Shown piece by piece: positions 45,100 to 54,763 of a stretch of 64,000 nt of DNA (its first letter is position 1; each line of letters opens with the position of its first letter). The DNA comes from an uncultured virus (IMG/VR IMGVR_UViG_3300021365_000007). Taxonomy: Duplodnaviria; Heunggongvirae; Uroviricota; Caudoviricetes. Position numbers and translations under genes: made by a program. The stretch lies in the IMG/VR virus record IMGVR_UViG_3300021365_000007, one strand, 5' to 3'. The notes beneath the pieces are model-generated. The model searched no databases and was not told where the DNA came from. It saw nothing but the letters and a program-made list of their open reading frames with translations.

Positions 45100-47142
45100 A
45101 TGAAAGCAAAATATCAAAAAGGTGGACGAAAAGCTGAAAGGGTTCAAAATAGAAAGGATGCAAAAGCAAATAGAAAAAAGTTTAAAAAATTTGGCACTCC
45201 TTTAAACAAAAAATCAATAAATTCATTTCGTCAAAAAGGTGGGTTTTCTTCAGCAGGAATAGGAACTTCGTATGAAAGGGAGAAAAGATTTGAGAACCGT
45301 GAGAAACAAAAACCTGACTTAAACCCTCCGCAATACTATGAGTATAAAGACGGTAAAAAAACAATACGGTACAAAGACGGCGATACTTACACACAGCCTC
45401 CTGCAGGAACTACGTATAAAATTAACAGAGGAGATAATACTGAAAGTAGCGAGATGCCTGTAGATAGGCGAAAAGGCGGCAAGCGTTATCAGAAAGGTGG
45501 AAAAAAGGTAAAGTCTTCTCTACAATATAAGCCAGGTTTTCCTGCTACGGGAAATAAACCTAGTCCTTACAATTTAAAAACTTTACAAAAAGCTATCAAT
45601 AGAGATAGCACAAAAGTTGCTGACCGTGGAATGATTGGGGACTTTTTTGACCCCGGAGTTACTAGTGGAAGCACAGGTCCAAGTGATCAATACAATCTTC
45701 AAATTAACCGTGAGTTTAGAGATAAAGAAACGGGATCTAGCTCAGAACAAACAGCTAAAAAAATTAATACAATGAAAAATAAAAAACAGAAAGGCGGCGA
45801 TTTAGATTTTCGTAAACAATGGTCTCAGGTCCGTAATAAAACCGCAGTTAAAGGTAAAAAGGCAGGACCAAAAGGACCTAGAACAATTGTAACAGCAAAA
45901 GGTTCTAAAAATAATGACAAAGGAGTAGGTCTTTTTGACCAAACAACTACAGGTACAAGTACCTTTACTAAAAAACGAAGAGACGGAACCGTTAAAAAAA
46001 CTATTACAAATAAAACAACTCGTACACCAAGAAAAGGCAGAAGTGATGCTAAGACAGATACAACTACAAAAACAAAATATAGAAAAGATGGTTCAGTAAA
46101 AAAATCTGTAACTCGTCCAGGACTTAATAAAAAAGCCCCAGGTTCTCGTATGGCTTCTAGTAAAATGCAGATGTATAACAAAGGCGATAAAGAAAAGTTT
46201 CAGAAAGGCGGGTACATGGAACCCTCTAAGGAAGTCAAGTTTGGCGGTCCTACAAAGAAAATGCAAAAAGGTGGATTGACCCAAGGAAAAGGTAAGGTCT
46301 CAACATCTGGAAAATCTAGAAAAAGAAACCCCAATGAAAGAACTCCTGTAGATCCAAGACCTAGTGACGAAATGACTTTTCTTCCTCCTGGGACAAGGGG
46401 AAAAAAGCAAAAAGGTGGTAAATACGGTAAGAAGTTTGATAGGCTGGGAAAGAAAATGCAAACACTTGAGAACAAGCAAATAGATAATTTTGACAACAAA
46501 AAAAAGTTTGATAGGCTTGGAAGCAGACGTACAAAGGTAATAAAAAAAAGACGTGATATTAAAGCTAAAAAAAATAGTAGTTCTGCTATGCAAAAAGGTG
46601 GATTAAAAACTCCTACTGCTAACCAAAAAGGTTTGAAGAAGCTTCCTACATCTGTACGCAATAAAATGGGTTTCAAGATGATGGGAGGTAAAATGAAATA
46701 CGGCATGGGCGGTAAAAAAAATAAAAAGTTTCTTGGAGGATTAGCAGGAGCTATTGGTGGAGCTAAAGGTGGTGGAGGAATCGGTGGTGCACTTAAAGGA
46801 GCACTTGGTGGTGGAATAGCTGGTAGATTTGCTGGAGCTATTGGTGGACTGAAAGATGGCGGTGGTCTTAAAGGAGCTATGCAAGGATTTGCAGGTGGAG
46901 CATTTGGAAACTCTAATCCTATGGGGGGTGGAGGAGCAGGAGGTGCAGCGGGAGGAGGTGTTCAGCAAGCTGCAGCAGATCCTGCAGCAGTAGCAGCTAA
47001 GCAAGAAGCAACAATACCAGGTGCTATGAAACGTGGTGGTTTAAAAGATCGTCGTAAAGCAGCTAAAAAGCGTATGAAAAAATCTAAAGCTTCTGCAAAA
47101 AGATCTGCTAAAAAAATAAACTCAAAAAATGCAGTATCCTAA
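45100..47142 (+). CDS. Highly basic low-complexity protein with eight QKGG motifs
   Basis: Likely start MKAKYQKGG at 45100; Lys/Arg-rich; Gly/Ala-rich stretch near the C-terminus. Confidence 0.8.
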   Translation: MKAKYQKGGRKAERVQNRKDAKANRKKFKKFGTPLNKKSINSFRQKGGFSSAGIGTSYEREKRFENREKQKPDLNPPQYYEYKDGKKTIRYKDGDTYTQPPAGTTYKINRGDNTESSEMPVDRRKGGKRYQKGGKKVKSSLQYKPGFPATGNKPSPYNLKTLQKAINRDSTKVADRGMIGDFFDPGVTSGSTGPSDQYNLQINREFRDKETGSSSEQTAKKINTMKNKKQKGGDLDFRKQWSQVRNKTAVKGKKAGPKGPRTIVTAKGSKNNDKGVGLFDQTTTGTSTFTKKRRDGTVKKTITNKTTRTPRKGRSDAKTDTTTKTKYRKDGSVKKSVTRPGLNKKAPGSRMASSKMQMYNKGDKEKFQKGGYMEPSKEVKFGGPTKKMQKGGLTQGKGKVSTSGKSRKRNPNERTPVDPRPSDEMTFLPPGTRGKKQKGGKYGKKFDRLGKKMQTLENKQIDNFDNKKKFDRLGSRRTKVIKKRRDIKAKKNSSSAMQKGGLKTPTANQKGLKKLPTSVRNKMGFKMMGGKMKYGMGGKKNKKFLGGLAGAIGGAKGGGGIGGALKGALGGGIAGRFAGAIGGLKDGGGLKGAMQGFAGGAFGNSNPMGGGGAGGAAGGGVQQAAADPAAVAAKQEATIPGAMKRGGLKDRRKAAKKRMKKSKASAKRSAKKINSKNAVS

Positions 47143-47626
47143 ACTTGATTATAAAAAAGGGGGCGCTAAAAAAGATGCCTGTTATCATAAGGTGAAGTCC
47201 AGATATAGTGTCTGGCCTTCAGCTTATGCTTCAGGTGCTTTGGCTAAGTGTCGTAAAGTTGGAGCTAGTAGTTGGGGTTCTAAAAAACAGATGGGAGGAA
47301 TTGATGTAGATTTTAGAACTGCAGACGAAAAAAAAACTGATTCAAAAGCTCAAAGAAAGCAAGACAGAAAAGACAAGAAAGGAATGATTCCTGCTAGATT
47401 TAGAAACAGGGGTCAAGAGGGATTAGATGCTTACAAAAAGATGATGATTAAAAAGCGAAAGAGAAAAACAAATAATCCTTTTGCTAAATTCAAAAAAGCA
47501 CGTACAGCTAGAAAAGCAGCTAGGCAAGGAGATAGCAATAGAAAAGCTTCTTCAGGGTCTGGGTGTCAAGGTAAAGGCTGTGGAGCTTACGAAAGATATG
47601 GTGGGTTAAAAGGTGTAAGAGGTTAA
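47129..47626 (+). CDS. Basic modular protein (KDACYHKVK..PSAYASG module between xxGG motifs)
   Basis: YKKGG, KQMGG and ERYGG delimit the modules. Confidence 0.7.
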   Translation: MQYPKLDYKKGGAKKDACYHKVKSRYSVWPSAYASGALAKCRKVGASSWGSKKQMGGIDVDFRTADEKKTDSKAQRKQDRKDKKGMIPARFRNRGQEGLDAYKKMMIKKRKRKTNNPFAKFKKARTARKAARQGDSNRKASSGSGCQGKGCGAYERYGGLKGVRG

Positions 47627-48108
47627 TGTATACAATTAAAGACATACATAAAAACTACTTAGATAGCGTTGAAGACCCTATAGAAACTCGTTTGTTTAAA
47701 CAACTATGTGAGGAATTCAATATGCAAGTAATCGATATGGTTCTTGAGGGTAAAGAATTTAGTATGGGTAGTAATCTATCAACATTGTCTATCCGAAGAA
47801 TAGAACGCAATCCCAGCAAGCCTACAATAGACTGGTGGGAAAGTAACAAATACAAGCAAGAGCTAGTTGCCGAAGGCAAACAACTCTATGATGCTGAGGC
47901 TAAAACAGGAGAAAAGTGGTTTGTGTACTACACTGATCCTTGGTATTGTAAATATCACTGGCAGAAGTCTAGATGTAAAATATCTAATAAGTCTGCATAT
48001 AGGTTTACCCCTACTAGAGGTATAAAAGGAAATAAAGAAAAACTAACAAGGTTATTAAAAGAAGACGAGTTAGCTTATTTAAAATTTAAGAAGCATGGCA
48101 ATATATAA
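47626..48108 (+). CDS. crAss IHF-like protein upstream of tail genes
   Basis: FSMGSNLSTLSI, IDWWES, YRFTPTR motifs; synteny. Confidence 0.7.
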   Translation: MYTIKDIHKNYLDSVEDPIETRLFKQLCEEFNMQVIDMVLEGKEFSMGSNLSTLSIRRIERNPSKPTIDWWESNKYKQELVAEGKQLYDAEAKTGEKWFVYYTDPWYCKYHWQKSRCKISNKSAYRFTPTRGIKGNKEKLTRLLKEDELAYLKFKKHGNI

Positions 48109-49051
48109 AACCACATCTTGTCAGGTAGTACTGAGAAAGGTTATGAGAGATCTAAATCCCCCAGACGGGAATTGGATTGATGATGGCGTAGAATGGATTG
48201 GGGAAGCACTAGAACACATTGGTGCTAGTACTCAATTAGTTACTGAGGGGTGCATACTTGAAGTTAAAGACTTCAAAGCTGTATTACCCCCAGACTTATA
48301 CTACATTAATCAAGTATCTATAAATGAAACTGAAGGAGGAATATCTATAACTAGTCAGATGGATACTCTTAAAACTTTACTAACAGAAACTATAGCATCT
48401 ACTACTGCTTCTAGAAACGAAATAGCCAATAGCATACAAAAATTGGTTGACGGTACTACAACAAGCAACTTAACTAACACACAATTAGAAGCTAATGCTG
48501 GTTTACAAAAAGCAAGTGATAAAACATTGAATGAAATCAATGCTAGGTTACAAGTGTTAGAAAATGATTATATGACCCAAAACCAAACAATACTTGCATA
48601 CTGCACTACAAACTTTCCAGAAGCAATACACTGTGAAGGATGTGTGAACAAACAAGCTAAATGTAAAGAGTGTTACTATGTAGAAGACGGATACGTTAAA
48701 ACTTCATTTGAAAGCGGTAAAGTATGTTTATCTTATAAAGCTTTCCCAACAGATGCAGAATGCTACCCATTGGTCCCAGACGACATTAGTTATAAAGAAG
48801 CTATGTTCTGGTACATATATAAAAAGATGTTACTAGGAGCAACGTTTGATGCTTCTAAAAACGGTATTGATTACAGCTACGCAGATCAACAGTGGAAGTA
48901 CTACTGCACACAAGCACGTAATGCAGCTGTATACCCAGATATTGACAGAATGGAAAGTTTTATGAATCAATGGGTTAGGCTTATACCTAATATAAATAGA
49001 GTAGATGAAGGTTTTGAAAACTTAGGAACACGAGAAAATCTACAGAGGTAA
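48095..49051 (+). CDS. Tail tubular / ring protein
   Basis: EWIGEALEHIG, TSFESG..LSYKAFPTD..YPLVPD motifs; directly upstream of the muzzle gene. Confidence 0.75.
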   Translation: MAIYKTTSCQVVLRKVMRDLNPPDGNWIDDGVEWIGEALEHIGASTQLVTEGCILEVKDFKAVLPPDLYYINQVSINETEGGISITSQMDTLKTLLTETIASTTASRNEIANSIQKLVDGTTTSNLTNTQLEANAGLQKASDKTLNEINARLQVLENDYMTQNQTILAYCTTNFPEAIHCEGCVNKQAKCKECYYVEDGYVKTSFESGKVCLSYKAFPTDAECYPLVPDDISYKEAMFWYIYKKMLLGATFDASKNGIDYSYADQQWKYYCTQARNAAVYPDIDRMESFMNQWVRLIPNINRVDEGFENLGTRENLQR

Positions 49052-49063
49052 CGGCAGCAGAAC

Positions 49064-52000
49064 ATGAAGAAATTAATTAAAGGTATGCACAAAGACTCCG
49101 AGAGAGTCGATCAGCCAGAAAATACGTATAGAGATGCTCTTAATGCAAATCTGTACTATTCTAAAGGAGCTATTGTTAATGAGGAGGGTACAGAAATAAT
49201 GGGTACTCATCCTATTCAAGTAATAGGTGCTATTCCTCTACTCAACGATCAAGTTATATCTTTTGGGTGGGTAGACGATTCAGGAGCTGAGATACCTTCT
49301 TTTGATTCTACACAGTCTGCAATTGTTCTTACTGATACTAAGAAAGGCAGCAGCAGAATACTGTATAAAAACCAAGGGCTTAACTTTCAAAAAGACTATC
49401 CTATCAAAGGAGAATTTAGAGTAGACGCTAAGAATGACATTCTTATTTATTTTACAGACAATTACTTTTTAGAAGAAGCCACGCCAGAAGGAACTAATTT
49501 ATCAGAATATAATTCTCCTAGAGCATTTAACGTTACAAGACAGCTTGAACATTTAAATACTAGTACTGTAGCAGAGCCTTATACTAAGTTGTATGATGAT
49601 AACGAAGACTTCGATGTAGAAAAACTAAGTCTGTTTGCTAAGGTAGGTAAACACTCTATGGTTGAAAGTGTGAGGATTTATGAGGGAGGTGTTCTTGTAT
49701 CAGGTGCTTACCACTTAGCATTATGCTATTCAGATGAAAACTTCTTAGAGACAGATTACTTTGTAGTGTCTAATCCTGTATACATCTTTCAGTCACAAGA
49801 ACAACAGTATCCTGCAGATATTATTACAGGCTGTCAAGCAGGATCTCAAACTAATAAAGCTATTAAGTTTAAAGTTAGAGTATTTAAAAATAATAACTAC
49901 AAGTTTTTACAACCATCTATTATTCAAAGAGTTGGCAACGCAGAATTTGCTTTTAAGCTTGAAAGAATAGAACTAGGAAACGATCAAGACGACGAGCAGA
50001 TAGAGATAAACTTTACGGGTAATGAAGATAGCTCTACTACATCAGTAGAAGATATAATGATTGATAACGTAGGTTATCTTACAGCTAAAACTCTTACTCA
50101 GCTTGACAACAGACTTTATCTAGGTAATTTAAAATCTAGGAAAGATATTGGCTTTCAAAGGTATGCACATAACATTGAAGTTGAAGCTGTCACTAATCCC
50201 TTTGACAAATTCGATGTTAGAGTTTTTGATATTCAAAGTTTAAATATAGGTTATGCTATTATGGCTTTACCTTTATACAATAGAAGTGCAATTCAAGGAT
50301 CTCAGTTTGGGATAGGTCAAACTTTTATAAGAAACTTTCAAGGAAATCAGGATGGGGAAGGAGAAGGTGGATTTAATAACGAAGACAATGTAAGAAGAAA
50401 TTACTTTGAACACATTCAACAGTTATTAAACTATGAAGATAATGTGTCTATAGGTAGTTATGATGGCGATCTTCAAGCGGGATATAATTTAACTAACAAA
50501 ATAGGTAAAGGCTATAAAGACTTTAGATTTTCATTTAGAAATAAAAGCTTTAGACGTAATGAAGTATATGCTCTTTATATATCATTTGTATTAAATGATG
50601 GTACAGAAACATATGCATATCATATTCCTGGGAGACATGCTTTATATAAAGAGCATCCTACAAAACCTAATACCTTTCTTAGTGAGAATAGTAATATAGG
50701 CGGTACTCAAACAACCTGGGGAAATATTAGAGAGACTTTTGGATTTTACCCGGCTGAGTTTGGGGTAAACGATTCGTCTTCGGGCGTATACCAGTACATA
50801 GATACTAGTATGTTAAATGGCCTTGTATTACAGCCTAATACTGGAGCTCCTGGATCAGAAGGCAATGGAGTACTACAAAACCATATGAGTTTTTGGAATA
50901 ACCGAAATGAACGCTATCCTGTAACAGATGATTTTATTGGAGGAATAGTAACTGCTACTGGGGGAGCGAGTATAAATGGAGCTGACGATCATAGAAATGA
51001 TTTTGTAAGACATCATAAGATGCCCTCAAATCATAATGATAACTACTCATTCTTAGATATGGATGAGGGAAATAATCCGTTTAGTCATCAATCATTACTT
51101 ACAGATACTCTTAATAGCACAGATTTGTTAAATGATAGTATTACAGATCTTGTAGGTGAAAATGGTCGGTATAAAGACAAAAAAATTGTATCAAGAGATC
51201 CGATCAGACTTTTAGGAATTAAGTTAAAGAACTTAAAAATACCAAGGCACATACTTAAACAAGTACAGGGGTACAAAGTTTACTATGCCAAGCGTAAAGA
51301 TGAGGATAAAACAGTAGTGGGACAAAGTCTTGCTGTACCTGCTCATCCTAGATACGCCAGTGTAGATACACAGAATAAACTGCTTGCTAGACTAGGACCA
51401 TTTAAAAATGCATTTTACTTGTATGGGGGATTAATGCAAGACGACTCTAATGCTATGGAGATTAATAGCACTTGGAAAAAAGCAAGTGGGCAGCAAGGTG
51501 CTGGAGAAGATTCTGACAATGGTAGATATATAGGAAATCCTGTATTTACATTTCATGATTTTAACATGTTACGTAAACGCCCAACACTGGAAGGGCTTAC
51601 ACATATAAGTTGTCAAAGTGCAGTTGTCTTTAGACCATTTCAAGGAGGACCTAATCTATTTAGAAAACCTGCAGATTACGATGAGCTTACTGCTGGCGGT
51701 GAAGCTGCCGATTCTCAATCAGGACTTGAACTAGCTACAGAATTAACTAGATTTCGTTCTTTAGGATGGATACATCCTGACTTAGGTAATACTACAGACT
51801 TTGGAAAAGATGGATCAATCTTTGATATTACAGATGACTTTATTGACCTTACTGAGGATGTAGAAAATCCTTACGGTTATAATACTGATGATGACCCACC
51901 ATCAGGAAATAGTAAAAGAAAAAGAGGTAGAGCTAGGGGGCTAAGACAAGCGAACGATAAGCTAAGAGCCCAAGATCTTATGATCAAACACTGGAGAACC

Positions 52001-54763
52001 CAGGTAAACATTGCGGCTAAGTATATTAAACCAGGATCTATATTTCACACAGAAGTAATTAAAGGAGGAGACAATAGAGAAAATTATTCAACTTTTTGGG
52101 ACTCGTACAATGTTCCTAATACTCAGATGTTATTTAGATTAGATCCTAAAAGTAGAATATATGCTCAGGGACTAGCTAACATAGAAGTACCAGAATCAAC
52201 ATCTTTTAAAGGAGCAACAAAGCTTTACAATAGAGGTGGAGAAAGTAGTATGGTTTTTGGACTCGACAGCGGTTTAATACATTTAAAAGGATGGAGAGAG
52301 TTTGATAACAACTACTGGACAAATGGGCCTGGAGCTACTGGAAGCATGGAGCAGCCAACTTCATGGGATCTTGTAAAGTGGGGTGATGATCCTAACTTTT
52401 TATTTCCAGACGCTTTTTACTACAGAGGTGAAAAATTACCAGACCACTATGAAGAGTACTACGGTAGTCTTGAAGCGGCTCGTAAACAGTTTAGAGGATA
52501 TAGATATAGTCTTGAGGGAAATAGTCAGCATGATGGCTACCCCATGGCATGGCTTGTCAATGTAGAAAGTGCAAAGACAGATGTGTATCAACCTTTTGAT
52601 AAACAAGAATTAGTATGGACTGGATATTATAAAGCTATAACTCCAAAAGATAACGGAGGATTAATAACCGGTGATTGTATAGATGACTACGGTAATAATT
52701 CCAATTACTACACAGGAGCAGAATCAGCAAATATATATGGGGGAGATACTTATATAACTAAATATTCATTCCGTACAACATCTCAAAGCTATGGGCACTG
52801 TTTCTTTAGAGGGGCTGTTAACTTAGGTGACGCAGGAGTAAGTGATTCACATGAAGCAATGCATGTCTATAATGGTAACAAAGATAGATTTCAAGCAGAT
52901 TTACCTGATTTCTATAATGCTTTTAACCAAGATACTTGGGGAAAAGGAGCTGGAGAGATGCAAATTTGGAGAGATTGGATTGACAACACTGCTGATGTAT
53001 TGACGTTTGATGAAAAAGTAAGTGAATCTGCAGCTTTAATAAATAGTGTAAGTAATTGGCAACAAGGTAATGTAGATCCTGTTTCTACACTATTTCAATT
53101 TATGGTAGAATCTGATGACAACATTGGTTTAAGACATAAGAACGATGTAGATAAAGGGATTAGTACAAAGTACTATGACGCAGATATAGCTTCAACCGTA
53201 CTCTTTGCCCCTCCAACAGAAGATCTTACTAAACAAGATAACCTACTGTACGAAGATCACTACTCAGCATTACAAACTATTAGAGTAACTAGACCATACC
53301 CAAAAAGAAAAGCGTCAGACTCAGACATTACTAATTTTAACACGCGGGTCATTAGATCTAATGTAGCAGGATTGTCAATTGGGGATAAATACAGACAATT
53401 CTTAGCTAACGAGTTTAAAGATATACCAAAAAACAGAGGGGATATATGGAGTTTATTTACTCTCGGTGGACTACTGTACATACATACAGAACGATCATTA
53501 TTTAAGACACAAGGTAAAGAAGAACTAAACGTTACAGGTGTAGCTGCATTTATTGGAAGTGGTAATGTCTTTGCTACAGATCCTGTAGAGCTTAGAGATA
53601 CTAAAATTGGTTACGGAGGTACAACTTCTATCTATGGAGGAGTAAGTACTCCTTACGGAAGATTCTTTATATCTAGACGAGATAGAAAAATCTTTAACAT
53701 GCAGCAAGGTATTACTGAAGTAATGTCTGGTATGGAAAGTTGGTTTAGAGAAAACATTCCATTTACTATTGAGTCTTTAGGAATAGATGTTGATGCTAAT
53801 GACTTTGGGTATAACCCTGATGCTCCTACAGCTGCAAATCCAATGGGTTTTATTATTGCGTATGATGCTAAATATAAAAGAGTAATCCTTACAAAAAGAG
53901 AACCTGCACCAACAACACATCTTCTCACAGGTATATCTAAGGGTACTATATATGTAGAAAATAATAAGTTCTACGTTTCATCTTCTCTTGGGACAGGAGA
54001 CGATATACAGTTTTTTGAAAACGAAATAAACTTAGCCGATCCAAAGTATTTTACACCAAGTGGATGGACTTTATCATACTACCCAGAATTACAAGTTTGG
54101 GGCAGTAGGCATAGTTACTTACCTAAATTATATGTAAGTACTGCTGATACCATGTTTAGTTTTAAAAACTCTTTCATGTGGTCTCATACAAATCTAGATG
54201 AACCTGGTAATTTTTATAATACAACATACCCATTTGAAGTAGAGCTTATAGATAACTCTAGTCCTGGAGATTCTAAAACTTTCTCATCTATTGGGTATTG
54301 GTTAGATGTACAGAAAAAAGATACAACTAATCTATCTGAATTTGATAGAAAAACAAATCCTGGTTTTACATCTTTCTATGTATACAACAGCGATCAAGTA
54401 TCAGCATTGGGTACAAATCTTAATTATTTAAGTAATGTACGAAGAGTAGATAAATTTTGGTATATTAACTCATTCAGAGATTTATCTAAAACTACAGAGC
54501 AAACAAGCGATTACATTAACTCTGGTCAATCTAATGTAGTAGGTGGGTACACTACCACTATAACAGCTCCTATATCCTCTCAGAGTATGTTTACAGAAGA
54601 AGGAGTAGTAAACGCAGAGTACATTGATTCAACTAAACCTTGGCATATGCAAAAAAGATTTGTAGATCATTACCTAGGAGTACGTCTTAGTAGTGACAAC
54701 TCTAGCACAAATTTATTATATTTGTATGCCGCCGGAACTAAATTCCGTAAATCCAACAGATAA
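49064..54763 (+). CDS. Tail stabilisation / muzzle protein
   Basis: KGMHKD..YRDALN, DNRLYLGN, FRRNEVYA, GGDTYI and WGSRHSYLP motifs; 1899 aa. Confidence 0.8.
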   Translation: MKKLIKGMHKDSERVDQPENTYRDALNANLYYSKGAIVNEEGTEIMGTHPIQVIGAIPLLNDQVISFGWVDDSGAEIPSFDSTQSAIVLTDTKKGSSRILYKNQGLNFQKDYPIKGEFRVDAKNDILIYFTDNYFLEEATPEGTNLSEYNSPRAFNVTRQLEHLNTSTVAEPYTKLYDDNEDFDVEKLSLFAKVGKHSMVESVRIYEGGVLVSGAYHLALCYSDENFLETDYFVVSNPVYIFQSQEQQYPADIITGCQAGSQTNKAIKFKVRVFKNNNYKFLQPSIIQRVGNAEFAFKLERIELGNDQDDEQIEINFTGNEDSSTTSVEDIMIDNVGYLTAKTLTQLDNRLYLGNLKSRKDIGFQRYAHNIEVEAVTNPFDKFDVRVFDIQSLNIGYAIMALPLYNRSAIQGSQFGIGQTFIRNFQGNQDGEGEGGFNNEDNVRRNYFEHIQQLLNYEDNVSIGSYDGDLQAGYNLTNKIGKGYKDFRFSFRNKSFRRNEVYALYISFVLNDGTETYAYHIPGRHALYKEHPTKPNTFLSENSNIGGTQTTWGNIRETFGFYPAEFGVNDSSSGVYQYIDTSMLNGLVLQPNTGAPGSEGNGVLQNHMSFWNNRNERYPVTDDFIGGIVTATGGASINGADDHRNDFVRHHKMPSNHNDNYSFLDMDEGNNPFSHQSLLTDTLNSTDLLNDSITDLVGENGRYKDKKIVSRDPIRLLGIKLKNLKIPRHILKQVQGYKVYYAKRKDEDKTVVGQSLAVPAHPRYASVDTQNKLLARLGPFKNAFYLYGGLMQDDSNAMEINSTWKKASGQQGAGEDSDNGRYIGNPVFTFHDFNMLRKRPTLEGLTHISCQSAVVFRPFQGGPNLFRKPADYDELTAGGEAADSQSGLELATELTRFRSLGWIHPDLGNTTDFGKDGSIFDITDDFIDLTEDVENPYGYNTDDDPPSGNSKRKRGRARGLRQANDKLRAQDLMIKHWRTQVNIAAKYIKPGSIFHTEVIKGGDNRENYSTFWDSYNVPNTQMLFRLDPKSRIYAQGLANIEVPESTSFKGATKLYNRGGESSMVFGLDSGLIHLKGWREFDNNYWTNGPGATGSMEQPTSWDLVKWGDDPNFLFPDAFYYRGEKLPDHYEEYYGSLEAARKQFRGYRYSLEGNSQHDGYPMAWLVNVESAKTDVYQPFDKQELVWTGYYKAITPKDNGGLITGDCIDDYGNNSNYYTGAESANIYGGDTYITKYSFRTTSQSYGHCFFRGAVNLGDAGVSDSHEAMHVYNGNKDRFQADLPDFYNAFNQDTWGKGAGEMQIWRDWIDNTADVLTFDEKVSESAALINSVSNWQQGNVDPVSTLFQFMVESDDNIGLRHKNDVDKGISTKYYDADIASTVLFAPPTEDLTKQDNLLYEDHYSALQTIRVTRPYPKRKASDSDITNFNTRVIRSNVAGLSIGDKYRQFLANEFKDIPKNRGDIWSLFTLGGLLYIHTERSLFKTQGKEELNVTGVAAFIGSGNVFATDPVELRDTKIGYGGTTSIYGGVSTPYGRFFISRRDRKIFNMQQGITEVMSGMESWFRENIPFTIESLGIDVDANDFGYNPDAPTAANPMGFIIAYDAKYKRVILTKREPAPTTHLLTGISKGTIYVENNKFYVSSSLGTGDDIQFFENEINLADPKYFTPSGWTLSYYPELQVWGSRHSYLPKLYVSTADTMFSFKNSFMWSHTNLDEPGNFYNTTYPFEVELIDNSSPGDSKTFSSIGYWLDVQKKDTTNLSEFDRKTNPGFTSFYVYNSDQVSALGTNLNYLSNVRRVDKFWYINSFRDLSKTTEQTSDYINSGQSNVVGGYTTTITAPISSQSMFTEEGVVNAEYIDSTKPWHMQKRFVDHYLGVRLSSDNSSTNLLYLYAAGTKFRKSNR
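54717..54724 (+). promoter_or_regulatory. -7 box TATATTTG before the cargo genes
   Basis: TAnnTTTG about 40 nt upstream of 54763. Confidence 0.45.
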
